Counted from the stretch's first letter, positions 12,001-25,110 are shown. The stretch is DNA of 64,000 bases from Eledone cirrhosa (GCA_964016885.1 OZ024752.1:8618001-8682000), one strand, 5' to 3'. The notes: generated by a model from the letters alone, not told the origin. A program made the numbers and translations.

Positions 12001-15000
12001 GAAGTCTCTCATTGCCACGGAAGTCTTCACTGCCACGGAAGTCTCTCACTGCCACGGAAGTCTCTCATTGCCACGGAAGTCTTCACTGCCACGGAAGTCT
12101 CTCACTGCCACGGAAGTCTCTCACTGCCACGGAAGTCTTCACTGCCACGGAAGTCTCTCACTGCCACGGAAGTCTCTCATTGCCACGGAAGTCTTCACTG
12201 CCACGGAAGTCTCTCATTGCCACTGAAGTCTCTCATTGCCACGGAAGTCTCTCATTGCCACGGAAGTCTTCACTGCCACGGAAGTCTCTCATTGCCACGG
12301 AAGTCTCTCATTGCCACGGAAGTCTCTCATTGCCACGGAAGTCTTCACTGCCACGGAAGTCTTCACTGCCACGGAAGTCTCTCACTGCCACGGAAGTCTC
12401 TCATTGCCACGGAAGTCTTCACTGCCACGGAAGTCTCTCATTGCCACTGAAGTCTCTCATTGCCACGGAAGTCTTCACTGCCACGGAAGTCTCTCACTGC
12501 CACGGAAGTCTCTCACTACCACGGAAGTCTCCACTGCCACGGAAGTCTCTCACTGCCACGGAAGTCTCTCATTGCCACGGAAGTCTTCACTGCCACGGAA
12601 GTCTCTCACTGCCACGGAAGTCTCTCACTGCCACGGAAGTCTTCACTGCCACGGAAGTCTCTCACTGCCACGGAAGTCTCTCACTGCCACGGAAGTCTTC
12701 ACTGCCACGGAAGTCTCTCATTGCCACGGAAGTCTCTCATTGCCACGGAAGTCTCTCATTGCCACGGAAGTCTTCACTGCCACGGAAGTCTTCACTGCCA
12801 CGGAAGTCTCTCACTGCCACGGAAGTCTCTCATTGCCACGGAAGTCTCTCATTGCCACGGAAGTCTTCACTGCCACGGAAGTCTTCACTGCCACGGAAGT
12901 CTCTCATTGCCACTGAAGTCTCTCATTGCCACGGAAGTCTTCACTGCCACGGAAGTCTCTCACTGCCACGGAAGTCTCTCACTACCACGGAAGTCTCCAC
13001 TGCCACGGAAGTCTCTCACTGCCACGGAAGTCTCTCATTGCCACGGAAGTCTTCACTGCCACGGAAGTCTCTCACTGCCACGGAAGTCTCTCACTGCCAC
13101 GGAAGTCTTCACTGCCACGGAAGTCTCTCACTGCCACGGAAGTCTCTCATTGCCACGGAAGTCTTCACTGCCACGGAAGTCTCTCATTGCCACTGAAGTC
13201 TCTCATTGCCACGGAAGTCTCTCACTGCCACTGAAGTCTCTCATTGCCACGGAAGTCTCTCATTGCCACTGAAGTCTCTCATTGCCACTGAAGTCTCTCA
13301 TTGCCACGGAAGTCTTCACTGCCACGGAAGTCTCTCACTGCCACGGAAGTCTCTCATTGCCACGGAAGTCTTCACTGCCACGGAAGTCTCTCATTGCCAC
13401 TGAAGTCTCTCATTGCCACGGAAGTCTCTCATTGCCACGGAAGTCTTCACTGCCACGGAAGTCTCTCACTGCCACGGAAGTCTCTCACTGCCACGGAAGT
13501 CTCTCATTGCCACTGAAGTCTCTCATTGCCACTGAAGTCTCTCATTGCCACGGAAGTCTTCACTGCCACGGAAGTCTCTCACTGCCACGGAAGTCTCTCA
13601 TTGCCACGGAAGTCTTCACTGCCACGGAAGTCTCTCATTGCCACTGAAGTCTCTCATTGCCACGGAAGTCTCTCATTGCCACGGAAGTCTTCACTGCCAC
13701 GGAAGTCTCTCACTGCCACGGAAGTCTCTCACTGCCACGGAAGTCTCCACTGCCACGGAAGTCTCTCATTGCCACGGAAGTCTCTCACTGCCACGGAAGT
13801 CTCTCATTGCCACGGAAGTCTCTCATTGCCACGGAAGTCTCTCATTGCCACGGAAGTCTCTCACTGCCACGGAAGTCTCTCACTACCACGGAAGTCTCTC
13901 ATTGCCACGGAAGTCTCTCACTGCCACGGAAGTCTCTCACTACCACGGAAGTCTCCACTGCCACGGAAGTCTCTCATTGCCACGGAAGTCTCTCACTGCC
14001 ACGGAAGTCTCTCACTGCCACGGAAGTCTCTCATTGCCACGGAAGTCTCTCACTGCCACGGAAGTCTCTCACTACCACGGAAGTCTCTCACTACCACGGA
14101 AGTCTCTCATTGCCACGGAAGTCTCTCACTACCACGGAAGTCTCCACTGCCACGGAAGTCTCTCATTGCCACGGAAGTCTCCACTGCCACGGAAGTCTCT
14201 CACTGCCACGGAAGTCTCTCACTGCCACGGAAGTCTCTCATTGCCACGGAAGTCTCTCACTACCACGGAAGTCTCCACTGCCACGGAAGTCTCTCACTGC
14301 CACGGAAGTCTCTCACTGCCACGGAAGTCTCTCACTGCCACGGAAGTCTCCACTGCCACGGAAGTCTCTCACTGCCACGGAAGTCTCTCACTGCCACGGA
14401 AGTCTCTCACTACCACGGAAGTCTCTCATTGCCACGGAAGTCTCTCACTACCACGGAAGTCTCCACTGCCACGGAAGTCTCTCATTGCCACGGAAGTCTC
14501 CACTGCCACGGAAGTCTCTCACTGCCACGGAAGTCTCCACTGCCACGGAAGTCTCTCATTGCCACGGAAGTCTCCACTGCCACGGAAGTCTCTCATTGCC
14601 ACGGAAGTCTCCACTGCCACGGAAGTCTCTCATTGCCACTGAAGTCTCTCACTACCACGGAAGTCTCTCACTACCACGGAAGTCTCTCATTGCCACGGAA
14701 GTCTCTCACTACCACGGAAGTCTCCACTGCCACGGAAGTCTCTCATTGCCACGGAAGTCTCCACTGCCACGGAAGTCTCTCACTGCCACGGAAGTCTCCA
14801 CTGCCACGGAAGTCTCTCATTGCCACGGAAGTCTCCACTGCCACGGAAGTCTCTCATTGCCACGGAAGTCTCCACTGCCACGGAAGTCTCTCATTGCCAC
14901 GGAAGTCTCCACTGCCACGGAAGTCTCTCATTGCCACGGAAGTCTCCACTGCCACGGAAGTCTCTCACTGCCACGGAAGTCTCTCACTACCACGGAAGTC

Positions 15001-15429
15001 TCTCACTGCCACTGAAGTCTCTCACTGCCACGGAAGTCTCTCACTGCCACGGAAGTCTCTCACTACCACGGAAGTCTCCACTGCCACGGCAGTCTCTCAT
15101 TGCCACGGAAGTCTCTCATTGCCACGGAAGTCTCCACTGCCACGGAAGTCTCTCACTGCCACGGAAGTCTCTCACTACCACTGAAGTCTCTCATTGCCAC
15201 GGAAGTCTCTCATTGCCACGGAAGTCTTCACTGCCACGGAAGTCTCTCACTGCCACGGAAGTCTCTCACTGCCACGGAAGTCTCTCACTGCCACGGAAGT
15301 CTCTCACTACCACGGAAGTCTCCACTGCCACGGAAGTCTCTCACTACCACGGAAGTCTCCACTGCCACGGAAGTCTCTCACTACCACGGAAGTCTCCACT
15401 GCCACGGAAGTCTCTCACTGCCACTGCCA
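8987..15429. repeat. 6.4-kb satellite of 19/18-bp units (CAC[G/T]GAAGTCTCTCA[T/C]TGC), roughly 340 units
   Basis: Direct reading; all ORFs from 9494 to 15475 are translations of the repeat. Confidence 0.98.
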
Positions 15430-15692
15430 CCCTCTTCCGTGTGTGAAAGATTTGCTGCTAAATATGAATGAATAAGTGCAGCCAATTAAACGAATCGTCA
15501 GCGCCAGACATGAAAAGCAATTAGCAGTTACTGCAGCTAACTATCTTCGATGTGATTGTCAGCAGAAGACAGCTTGACAAACTAGCTGTATCGCTGTATT
15601 TATACATTGGTTTTACTAGCTCACCCTCTCTATCATCTATTGCTATACATACATACACATATACACATATACATACATATATACATATATAT

Positions 15693-15778
<86 letters not shown>

Positions 15779-15895
15779 ACATACATATATACATACATAC
15801 ATATATACATACATATATACGTACATACATACATATATACGTACATATATACGTACATACATATATACATACATATATACGTACATACATATATA

Positions 15896-15939
<44 letters not shown>

Positions 15940-16031
15940 CATATATACATACATATATACGTACATACATATATATATTTATATATATATATATATATAT
16001 ATATAAATACATATATACATACATATATACG

Positions 16032-16071
<40 letters not shown>

Positions 16072-16291
16072 GATACATATATACATACATATATATATAT
16101 ACATACATATATATATATACATACATATATATATATATATATATACATACATATATACATACATAAATACATACATACATACATACATATATACATATAT
16201 ACATTCATACATATATAAACATATACATACATACATATATATAGATACATACATATATATATACATATATACATATATATATAGATACATA

Positions 16292-18642
16292 TATAACAGG
16301 ACACTGGGTTGTATGTACAATATTTATTTACGAAGATTGAGCTGAGTAGAGCTGAATAGCTGACATGCCAAGAGAGATGAAACAACGAATTAAGGAATTC
16401 AGAAGGCACGGTCTACTGGCGGAAATGTTGCTAGGCCGTGGTTAAGTTGTTGCGTTACATGTTGGCTAGTGATTTCCCGACGAAAGAAAGTTAGGTGTTT
16501 ACCTTTTCACAGTCAGGAAGCGAGAGAGCAAGAGGTCTTTACATTACCATGTTCAGGTTGCGAGGGAGTATACCTCCGGCGGAACGCGCCTGGCCGAAAG
16601 GCCAGGCAGCCAAAAGGTGAAAAGAGAGGGAGATAGCTTTCAGCTCCTTTATAGTTCCCTGGACGGAAGTCACAAAGAAGGTTCTGCAACCTCAACGGGA
16701 AGTAATTCCAGCTACTTCCTGTCTAGAGAGCGCTACAAGACTCCCCTCTCAGACGAGAAGTCGAATGACCAAATGAAATCATTGTAGCGAGAACACGAGG
16801 AGCAAGGCAAAAGGGACAAGAACATGAATGAACAAAATATGAGCAAGCAAATAGCAAAATGAGCATGCAAAAATTAATGATAGATATCAAGGTAGCCAAC
16901 CGCTCTTGGCCAGAGAACGACTGGACATCTATCTATCCATCACACAAAGATACAATGTAATCAACCTAAAAGAAGAGGTCAATAGGAGCAAAGAAACATG
17001 CTCGAATATAGTTATTAAAAAAAAATTCAAATGTTCAAAAATAAAGTTAGCAGGTAAATAAGCACATGACAGCTGGAAAGAGAGTGTGTCCCCAAGAGAA
17101 TGTATACAGGTGGTTTCTGGACTGTGGTACAACGTGAAATTCCCAACCTCCGAAGGCGGTGAGATTTTCTCACAGGAATAGTGCTGCAAAAATAAATTCT
17201 GTGTTTTGTTCTGCTGGTTTTGGTTGTTGATAAAGCAAAGATGAAGCTGTGTTGTTGTTGTCTCGTGGAGTGAGATAGCCTATTCGAAGTTGTTTCAATT
17301 CACAGTAAAAAATTTCCCAGAAAAAATGAGTTGCGCAAAGTGTTAGAAATAACAGCCAAAGTTGATGGTCGATGTTGAGAACGCGTTGACCTGGATGGGT
17401 CAAGAGGCCAGCGACCATAGAAATAAGCATTCTGAATAAATGCGCAGTTTTCAACGGCAAATTTACGTGGTAAATTTTTAAACCGGCAAATAGGAGAATA
17501 TAGCTTAAGGCTGGAGAATCCTTGGCAAGAAACATTATCTGTGGCGTGTGTTATCTCAGTGAGTCGAGATGTGTGCTCCCACACACGTGCCGAAACAAGG
17601 TTAAAGTCAAGTTGAATAAAAAAATATATTTCTTTTGCGCGAGAAAATGTCGCGAAAATGACAGTGGAACAGGTCGTTGGCAGCCATTTTGAAAAATTTG
17701 TGTGTGAACGTGACAATATGATGAACAAGAAGGAAAGGCTATATTCACTTTGTACAACAAATATGGCGAGAGTTCAATTTTTTTGTGAAAGTGATGAAAA
17801 AGTAGCGAAAAAGGCTTAGTTGAATGAGTAAACGAGCTGTGATGTTCATCAAAATTGACAAGTTGAATATAAGAAAGAATACAGGAGTCCAAGTCTTTTT
17901 TTTGAGTATTCGTTGTGAGAAGAACGAAGGATATATCCAGTGAGTGAAACACATTTAAACGATGTAAGCACGTGAGGTGAAGAGCAAAATTTTTTCTTGT
18001 TTGTTTGCTGCTGAGAAAAAGATTACTTCTATTTTTCGTTGTAGACAGTTTCGGAGAAAAAATCCATGTGGAATGTTGTTAGAGGAATTTTTTTTTTTTT
18101 TTTTTTTTTTTGAAATACTGCTAATTAATTTTCTTTTTTTCATATTCACACAATACCGAATCCTATTATTTTTTTTTCTCGGGGTCACCAATTATAACAG
18201 GACACTGGGTTGTATGTATAATATTTATTTACGAAGATTGAGCTGAGTAGAGCTGAATAGCTGACATGCCAAGAGAGATGAAACAACGAATTAAGGAATT
18301 CAGGAGGCACGGTCTACAGGCGGAAATGTTGCCAGGCCGTGGTTAAGTTGTTGTGTTACATGTTGGCTAGTGATTTCCCGACAAAAGAAAGTTAGGTGTT
18401 TACCTTTTCACAGTCAGGAAGCGAGAGAGCAAGAGGCCTTTACATTACCATGTTCAGGTTGCGAGAGAGTATACCTCCGGTGGAACGCGCCTGGCCGAAA
18501 GGCCAGGCAGCCAAAAGGTGAAAAGAGAGAGAGATAGCTTTCAGCTCTCTCCTCTATAGTTCCCTGGACGGAAGTCACAAAGAAGGTTCTGCAACCTCAA
18601 CGGGAAGTAACTCCAGCTACTTCCTGTCTAGGGAGCGCTACA
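16292..18642 (-). mobile_element. Non-autonomous LTR retrotransposon (Gypsy-like): LTRs 16292-16737 and 18193-18642, tRNA-Trp PBS, PPT, 4-bp TSD CATA
   Basis: Near-identical ~450-bp direct repeats starting TGTAG on the minus strand; PBS TGGTGACCCCGA (18179-18190); PPT GAGAGGGGAG (16741-16750); CATA at 16288-16291 and 18643-18646. Confidence 0.9.
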
Positions 18643-18802
18643 CATACATACATATATATTTATACATAGATAGATTTCTTTATTTGCCACAAGGGCGCAC
18701 AAGAAAAGGGGACAATACAAAGATATGCCGGGGATTTTACATACAGTCGTGTAAAAAATATAAAAACAAACAATTACAACAATCGAGTGGGGTCTATTCT
18801 AT

Positions 18803-18862
18803 TCTTAACCTATAACATTTTCAACAATGTAATCCATATGTTGAAAATGTTATAGGTTAAGA
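18803..18862. repeat. Fold-back hairpin; right arm reads GAAA-ATGT-TA (HHR 3' half)
   Basis: TCTTAACCTATAACATTTTCAACA / TGTTGAAAATGTTATAGGTTAAGA. Confidence 0.75.
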
Positions 18863-18909
18863 TAAATCTCAGAAAACAATAAATCATTAAAAGGAAAACA
18901 AGAGTCATG

Positions 18910-19400
<491 letters not shown>

Positions 19401-19763
19401 AATAAGTTTGTTTTGAAACAGCGAGCGAGTTTGGAATAGAAATAGAAGGTTTCGCCGTATTTTTTTTACTAAAGAAATTTAATCCTGATAGTGGGGTTTA
19501 GAATCCTCTAACAAATGGAAAAAGATGAGTACCAACAGCAATATCTAGAGGTTTAACCTTTTAGAATTCAAACCGGCCATATCCGACCAGAAATGTCTCA
19601 CCTCTTTCTGTTCAAACCAGTTGAAACTAGCCGCTTATTCTGATGTTAAGGTATTGTTCTCAAAATAAATAATATCAATACTCATCTTTTTACATTTCTT
19701 TTAAGAGTTCTGAACCTCACTATCAGGATAACATTTATTTAGTAAAAAGAAATACGGCAAAAG

Positions 19764-19846
<83 letters not shown>

Positions 19847-19847
<1 letters not shown>

Positions 19848-20236
19848 GAGGGCAATCCCAAAAGTAAGGCCTCCTTCCGATATTGCAACTTCCGATATTG
19901 TGGATGGTGCTTCGGGAAACCTCAGGAACCAAAATGCAGAGAGCATCCAGAGTGATCCGCCGATCTTTACGCATGTTTTCCTCCTCGGAAGGAGACCTTA
20001 CTTTTGGGATTGCCCTCGTATATAATAACTGCGCGAAATTCGCACTTGGCGGTAGCGTTTAACGGGAGCTCCATTCTCAACGGCTGCCAAGCCAAGATTG
20101 AGCATCCCAGCGAAGCGCGCGCATGCTTGTTTGGGAGTGAAGGAAGCACCAATCACAACAGTGTTGCCAACAGCCGTACGAACAGTTTCTCTGCGCCCCC
20201 ATCGCTTTGGAGACCTTACTTTTGGGATTACCCTCG
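19847..20236 (-). mobile_element. Tc1/mariner remnants: mini-element 19847-20018 with TIRs, plus left-end fragment 20025-20236
   Basis: TIR CGAGGGCAATCCCAAAAGTAAGG in TA context; transposase fragments MELPLNATAKCEFRAVI and RKDRRITLDALCILVPEVSRSTIHNI. Confidence 0.8.
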
Positions 20237-20423
20237 TATATATATATATATATGAGAAACCTCATCGCCAGTACAGCTAAATGCTGTCAAAGAAAGCGAT
20301 GGGCAGAAATGCCTCAAAGGACAGAGACCAGTGGCTAGTGTTTAACAGAGACAGGCAGATGAAATATAGAAAATATTGAAAGAGGAGGAGGAAAAAGAGA
20401 AGTGTGTTGGCGCACAGAAGTGA

Positions 20424-20511
<88 letters not shown>

Positions 20512-20644
20512 GAGGTTATATTTAATTTGTTGGGATTCAACAAGCTTAAAAAAATGTTTATAACTGATATAAACCACTCAACAAGTTAGTGGAGTAAATA
20601 CACAATATATTAATAAATGGAAACTATATTTAGAAAACCATATT

Positions 20645-20710
20645 TATTTTATTATACAAATTCCAAGGACAACCAAGACAAATTATGGTGCGCTTTCATC
20701 AGATAAAATA
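20645..20710 (-). ncRNA. Degenerate hammerhead ribozyme (GGAA instead of GAAA)
   Basis: tattttat-CTGATGA-aag...ctt-GGAA-tttgta-TA-ataaaata; homologue of 57547-57608. Confidence 0.55.
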
Positions 20711-20855
20711 CAGATTTGTTTTATAAATAAATATTGACATACCCGGAAAAAAAAATGGAAGCTCCAACCGTTAAGGTTGTCTTTTTTTATTATTAATAAC
20801 TCGTCCCATGGACTGAGTGCTCTACCACTACGGATATTACCTTCCAGTGTTCTAC

Positions 20856-21001
<146 letters not shown>

Positions 21002-21183
21002 CTTTTTCAGCTAGAGGCGTTGATCACGGCATTTTAAACAAGATTACCTTACACAAAACGCCAGCATCAACTGTTTTCCAAGAGATGGCGACGTGAGTAG
21101 ATCTGTTTTTTTTTCTCTAGAAAACTTTCTTTCAGTTCTGCCAAATCTCTATCTTTCTAGTTCTTCTTTAATTTTTCATTCTC

Positions 21184-21219
21184 TTTTCTGATGAAGGACT
21201 AGCGCCCGAAACGTTAAGA
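21184..21219 (+). ncRNA. Minimal type-I hammerhead ribozyme (family H1)
   Basis: tttt-CTGATGA-aggactagcgccc-GAAAC-GTT-aaga; homologues at 52426 and 62363. Confidence 0.65.
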
Positions 21220-21307
21220 CTCTTTTCCTACTATATCAGGCGTAAAGCAAATAATATATTTCTTCATTGTACTGTGTCATTTGTTTTGTTATTTCTGTTT
21301 GCCTTTA

Positions 21308-21391
<84 letters not shown>

Positions 21392-21459
21392 ACACACACA
21401 CGCACACACTCACACACATACAGACATACCCACACATGCGCACATACACGTATATATGT

Positions 21460-21640
21460 TGACCGCGACGGCTGAGCTCCGGTCGGTTCGACAGCTAGTT
21501 CTGGACTAGCTGTTGAAACGGCCGGAGCTCAACCGTCGGCGTCCCGAATTCTTCATATTACCACACTCTACTACCTCAAAGTATCGAGTACTCTGGTGAA
21601 TAACGGTCTAACTGATTTTTACTGCATCTATTCTGAATTA
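21460..21640. mobile_element. Fold-back family F1 copy
   Basis: GACGGCTGAGCTCCGG..CAGCTAG/CTAGCTG-TT-GAAACGGCCGGAGCTCAACCGTC. Confidence 0.7.
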
Positions 21641-21764
21641 CATATAAAACAGAAATTATGGGAAAAAAACAGGATTGGAAACAGCAGAGAAATATATCGA
21701 AAGAATCTATTTTTCTTTCTTCATCTTCGATCTGTCAAAGTGACATTATTGAAAAAATGAGACG

Positions 21765-21950
21765 GTGGATTGGCAGTATCGGTAGAGGGTCGGGACGCCA
21801 TGCTTTGAAGCATAGAGTTACCTCCCTTTATGATCTGAGTTCAAATCCCGCCGAGGTTAACTTTGCCTTTCATCCTTACGGGGTCGATAAAATAAAGTAC
21901 CAGTAATACACTGGGAAAATTGCTGGCCTTGTGCCAAAAGTAGAAACAAT
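21765..21950 (+). mobile_element. Full-length SINE family B with TSD
   Basis: Flanked by direct repeat TTATTGAAAAAATGAGAC. Confidence 0.85.
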
Positions 21951-22061
21951 TATTGAAAAAATGAGACACAGATGAGAATAACATTTTTTTTTTAACAGAT
22001 CCTCAGCACTTAATTTTTATTTTTTAATTATTTTTAAAATTATTTTTTAATTGAAATATTT

Positions 22062-22101
22062 AATATTTGATAAGATGGATTACATCGAAACCGGTTATAT
22101 T
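22062..22101 (+). ncRNA. Hammerhead ribozyme, U3-A8 core variant
   Basis: aatat-TTGATAA-gatg(gatta)catc-GAAAC-cg-GTT-atatt; all three stems pair. Confidence 0.7.
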
Positions 22102-22107
22102 TTATAT

Positions 22108-22922
22108 ATTTCATTTTCCGGCATCGAAGACGCTCCTTTTTTCCTAAAATAAGCCTTAAAAATCTACCATGCGTCCTGGAGGCCGAAGGTTGTTTATTAT
22201 TTAAAATATGCTTTCCAGCATAGTTACGTCCCTTTACGATCTGAGTTCAATTCCCGCCGAGGTTAACTTTGCCTTTCATCCTTACGGGGTCGATAAAATA
22301 AAGTACCAGTGATGTACTGGATAATTGCTGGCCTTGTGCCAAAAAGTAGAAACAATTATTTAAAAAAAAATTTTGGGTTGTCAAAATTAGGGTGAGTCCT
22401 CGAGGACAAAGCCTCTTCGGCGCCGGGAAATATGGTATATTATAATGTAGAAAGTGATATATGCAAAATGGTAAGATGAAGGCAACGGAAACATTAGTTA
22501 CCTGGTAATCTTTGTTGTTTTTTTAAAGTTTCTTTCGTCCTAAAAGAAAGAAACAACAAATTATATTCAATGCTTCAAGCAATTTAGAAAAGTAACTTAC
22601 TTTCAATCATCTGCTGCTACTTTGGTAGGGGTTTGCCAGTATCGATAGAGAGTCGGACACCGTACTTTACAGCATAGAGTTACGGCCCTTTATGATCTGA
22701 GTTCAAAAAACGCCGAGGTTAACTTTATCTTTCATCCTTACGGGGTCGATAAAATAAACCACCAGTAATGCATTGGGGTCGATTTAATCGACTTTCCCTT
22801 GCCTCCAAATTACTAGCCTTGTGCCTATAATAGAAATCATTATTATTTTTTTAATTTTTGGTTGTCAAAATTAGGGTGCGTCCTCGAGGACGAAGCGTCT
22901 TAGGCGCCGGGAAATACGGTAC
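22108..22922. mobile_element. Tc2/pogo-like MITE remnants interrupted by SINE B copies (22205-22360, 22630-22845)
   Basis: TTTCCGGCATCGAAGACGC versus GCGTCTTAGGCGCCGGGAAATACGGTA ends (the latter present twice). Confidence 0.55.
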
Positions 22923-23051
22923 TTTATAAAACTCCTTTGAAAAAAAAAAAAAAAAAAATTGTTCTTCTCACTTTTTCAATAATGTCACTTTGACGGATCA
23001 AAGAAGAAAAAAAGAAAAACAGATTCTTTAAATATGCTGCTGTTTCTAATC

Positions 23052-23130
<79 letters not shown>

Positions 23131-23177
23131 CTATCTAACCCTCTCTCTCTCTCTCTCTGTATATATATATAAATCTG

Positions 23178-23220
<43 letters not shown>

Positions 23221-23519
23221 GGGAGTTACTAGTTGAGACAAGTAAGACCTTTGTTCACCCCAGCAGACGATACTTAAGAAAGCTGAGTATGTATTAAAGT
23301 GAGTTATTGCTCGACTGCTTTGTTTTAATTCAATATACTTCAAATAATAAAGCCCCCTCTTTAAAATGTTGACCTAAATAAAGTTCACAGTTGAAATGTT
23401 ATCGAGATAGGTTGGGTTCATGGACGGTCAGAATGTCATGGGTTCGATTCCTAGACTATACGCAAAATAAAGAATTTTGCCATGCCTTCCAATTTCATAT
23501 TGCTAAAGAATAATATAGG

Positions 23520-23930
23520 GGAGGTGGGTGGCCTAGTGGTAAGGGTGTTTGACATGCAACCATAATGTCGTGGGTTCGATTCCTGGGCTAGGTTGTGTGT
23601 TGTGTTCTTGAGCAAAACACTTCATTTCCTGTTGCTCCTGTATAGTGATTCCCAAAGAGGGTTCCACAAAGGAATATCTAGGGTTCTGTGGAAAAAGGTA
23701 GAGGAATATATTTATATTACGACCATATAACAGTATTAGACTTTGGGGTTCTCCCTAAAGTTTCTAAACTAAAAAAGGTTCCGCGTTTGGAAAAGTTTGG
23801 AAACTCTGCTCTAATATACTCAACTGAAAATAGTTACCATCAATATCTGGGGGTTTAACCTTACGATGGACTAGAGTCCTGTCCAGGGGGAAATCTTGTA
23901 CTCTCAGTCGCTCAGGACTCGAGACAAACC
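23520..23930 (+). mobile_element. SINE family A containing a hAT-like MITE (23643-23808)
   Basis: SINE core interrupted by TAGTGATTCCCAAA...TTTGGAAACTCTG. Confidence 0.7.
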
Positions 23931-24289
23931 TTAGTCTTTTTAGACATACCTAAAGTGTAGTATGCCCACCTGAATTTCTTTCCTCGTAATTTTCTTAATC
24001 TTACTTATTTTATAGAGCCAAGTTTTCGGAAATATAGATTATTGATATTTGTACGATTTTCCTGACAAGATGTTTTTGGAGAAAATCTATGAGATTATCC
24101 CGATAGATTTTCTCCAGATTTTCTCCAGAAACATCTTGTATCCAGGAGGATCCTGTACTGTCAGTCGCTTCACGCCACGAAACCAGGATAAGCACTGACC
24201 TAACGAGCTTTCTGGCTTAAGACAGACTTTAAACTTAGAAAGAATAATATCAATGAGATTATCCTGATTGATATTATTCTTTCTAAGTT

Positions 24290-24800
24290 CAAAGTCTGTA
24301 TCAAGCCAGAAAGCTCGTTATACCGGTGCTTATCCCGGTTTCGTAGCGTGAAGCGACTGAGAGTACAAGACTCCCCGCTGGACAGGACGCCAGTCCATCG
24401 TAGGTTTAACCCTTTAGCATTCACATTACTCTATATATACTATTGTATTTTTGTAGTAAACACTTTATCTTACATATCTCACATAATATCGAATCTATGA
24501 GATTTTGATATTATTTATTTTGAGAACAATACCTTAACATCAGTATAAGCGGCCAGTTTCAACTGGTTTGAACAGAAAGAGGTGAGACATTTCTGGTCGG
24601 ATATGGCCGGTTTGAATGCTAAAGGGTTAAACCTCTAGATATTGCTGTTGGTACTCATTTTCAGCTGAGTATACTGGAGCAACGTGAAATGAAGTGTTTT
24701 GCTGAAGAACACAACACGCAACCTAGCCCAGGAATCTAACCCACGACATTATGATCGCATGTCAAGCACCCTTACCACTAGGCCACGCACCTCCACTATA
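24290..24800 (-). mobile_element. SINE family A containing a piggyBac-type MITE (about 24407-24630)
   Basis: TTAA-CCCTTTAGCATTCA...TGAATGCTAAAGGG-TTAA inside the SINE; same MITE sequence at about 19553-19690. Confidence 0.75.
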
Positions 24801-24974
24801 ATATTCTTTAGCAATATGAAATTGGAAGGTATGGTAAAATTCCTGATGTTCCGTAAAGCCAATATCTAAAAAAGAATTCCTCAGTAGAATCGAGATATAA
24901 AATTTCGAAAACGCATCTCTGTAAAATCTCATAAAAATATATTTTATTTAGAAAGTTATGAGAAAACAAGTTTG

Positions 24975-25110
24975 GTTGGAGGTGTGAGTCTCGCGAGATG
25001 GAATGGCTCTCCCAGCGCGTCTCCCTCACTAACTTCCGGAGAAACGCCTTCTCTATTCTGTCAGCCGGGGCCGCGGGGCAGCCACCACATGGGCCTCCAT
25101 TTGCTCATAA
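24975..25110 (-). mobile_element. CRE 3' fragment (rearranged) next to (GA)n
   Basis: CGCGAGATGGAATGGCTCTCCCAGCGCGTCTCCCTC (REMEW.SQRVSL) and GGCAGTGACAGTGGGAGT, shared with 41130-41290. Confidence 0.55.

Noticed and set aside
9494-15475. Long ORFs (up to 552 aa) with repeated HCH/ATEV motifs
   Set aside because: They are three-frame translations of the 18/19-bp satellite, with no unique coding context.
15430-15640. Unique sequence that could be an exon or enhancer (also 27340-27560)
   Set aside because: No recognisable protein homology or convincing splice context; conservation cannot be tested here.
16929-18191. ORFs inside the LTR element as gag/pol
   Set aside because: They are short and show no recognisable gag zinc knuckle, protease, RT or integrase motif.
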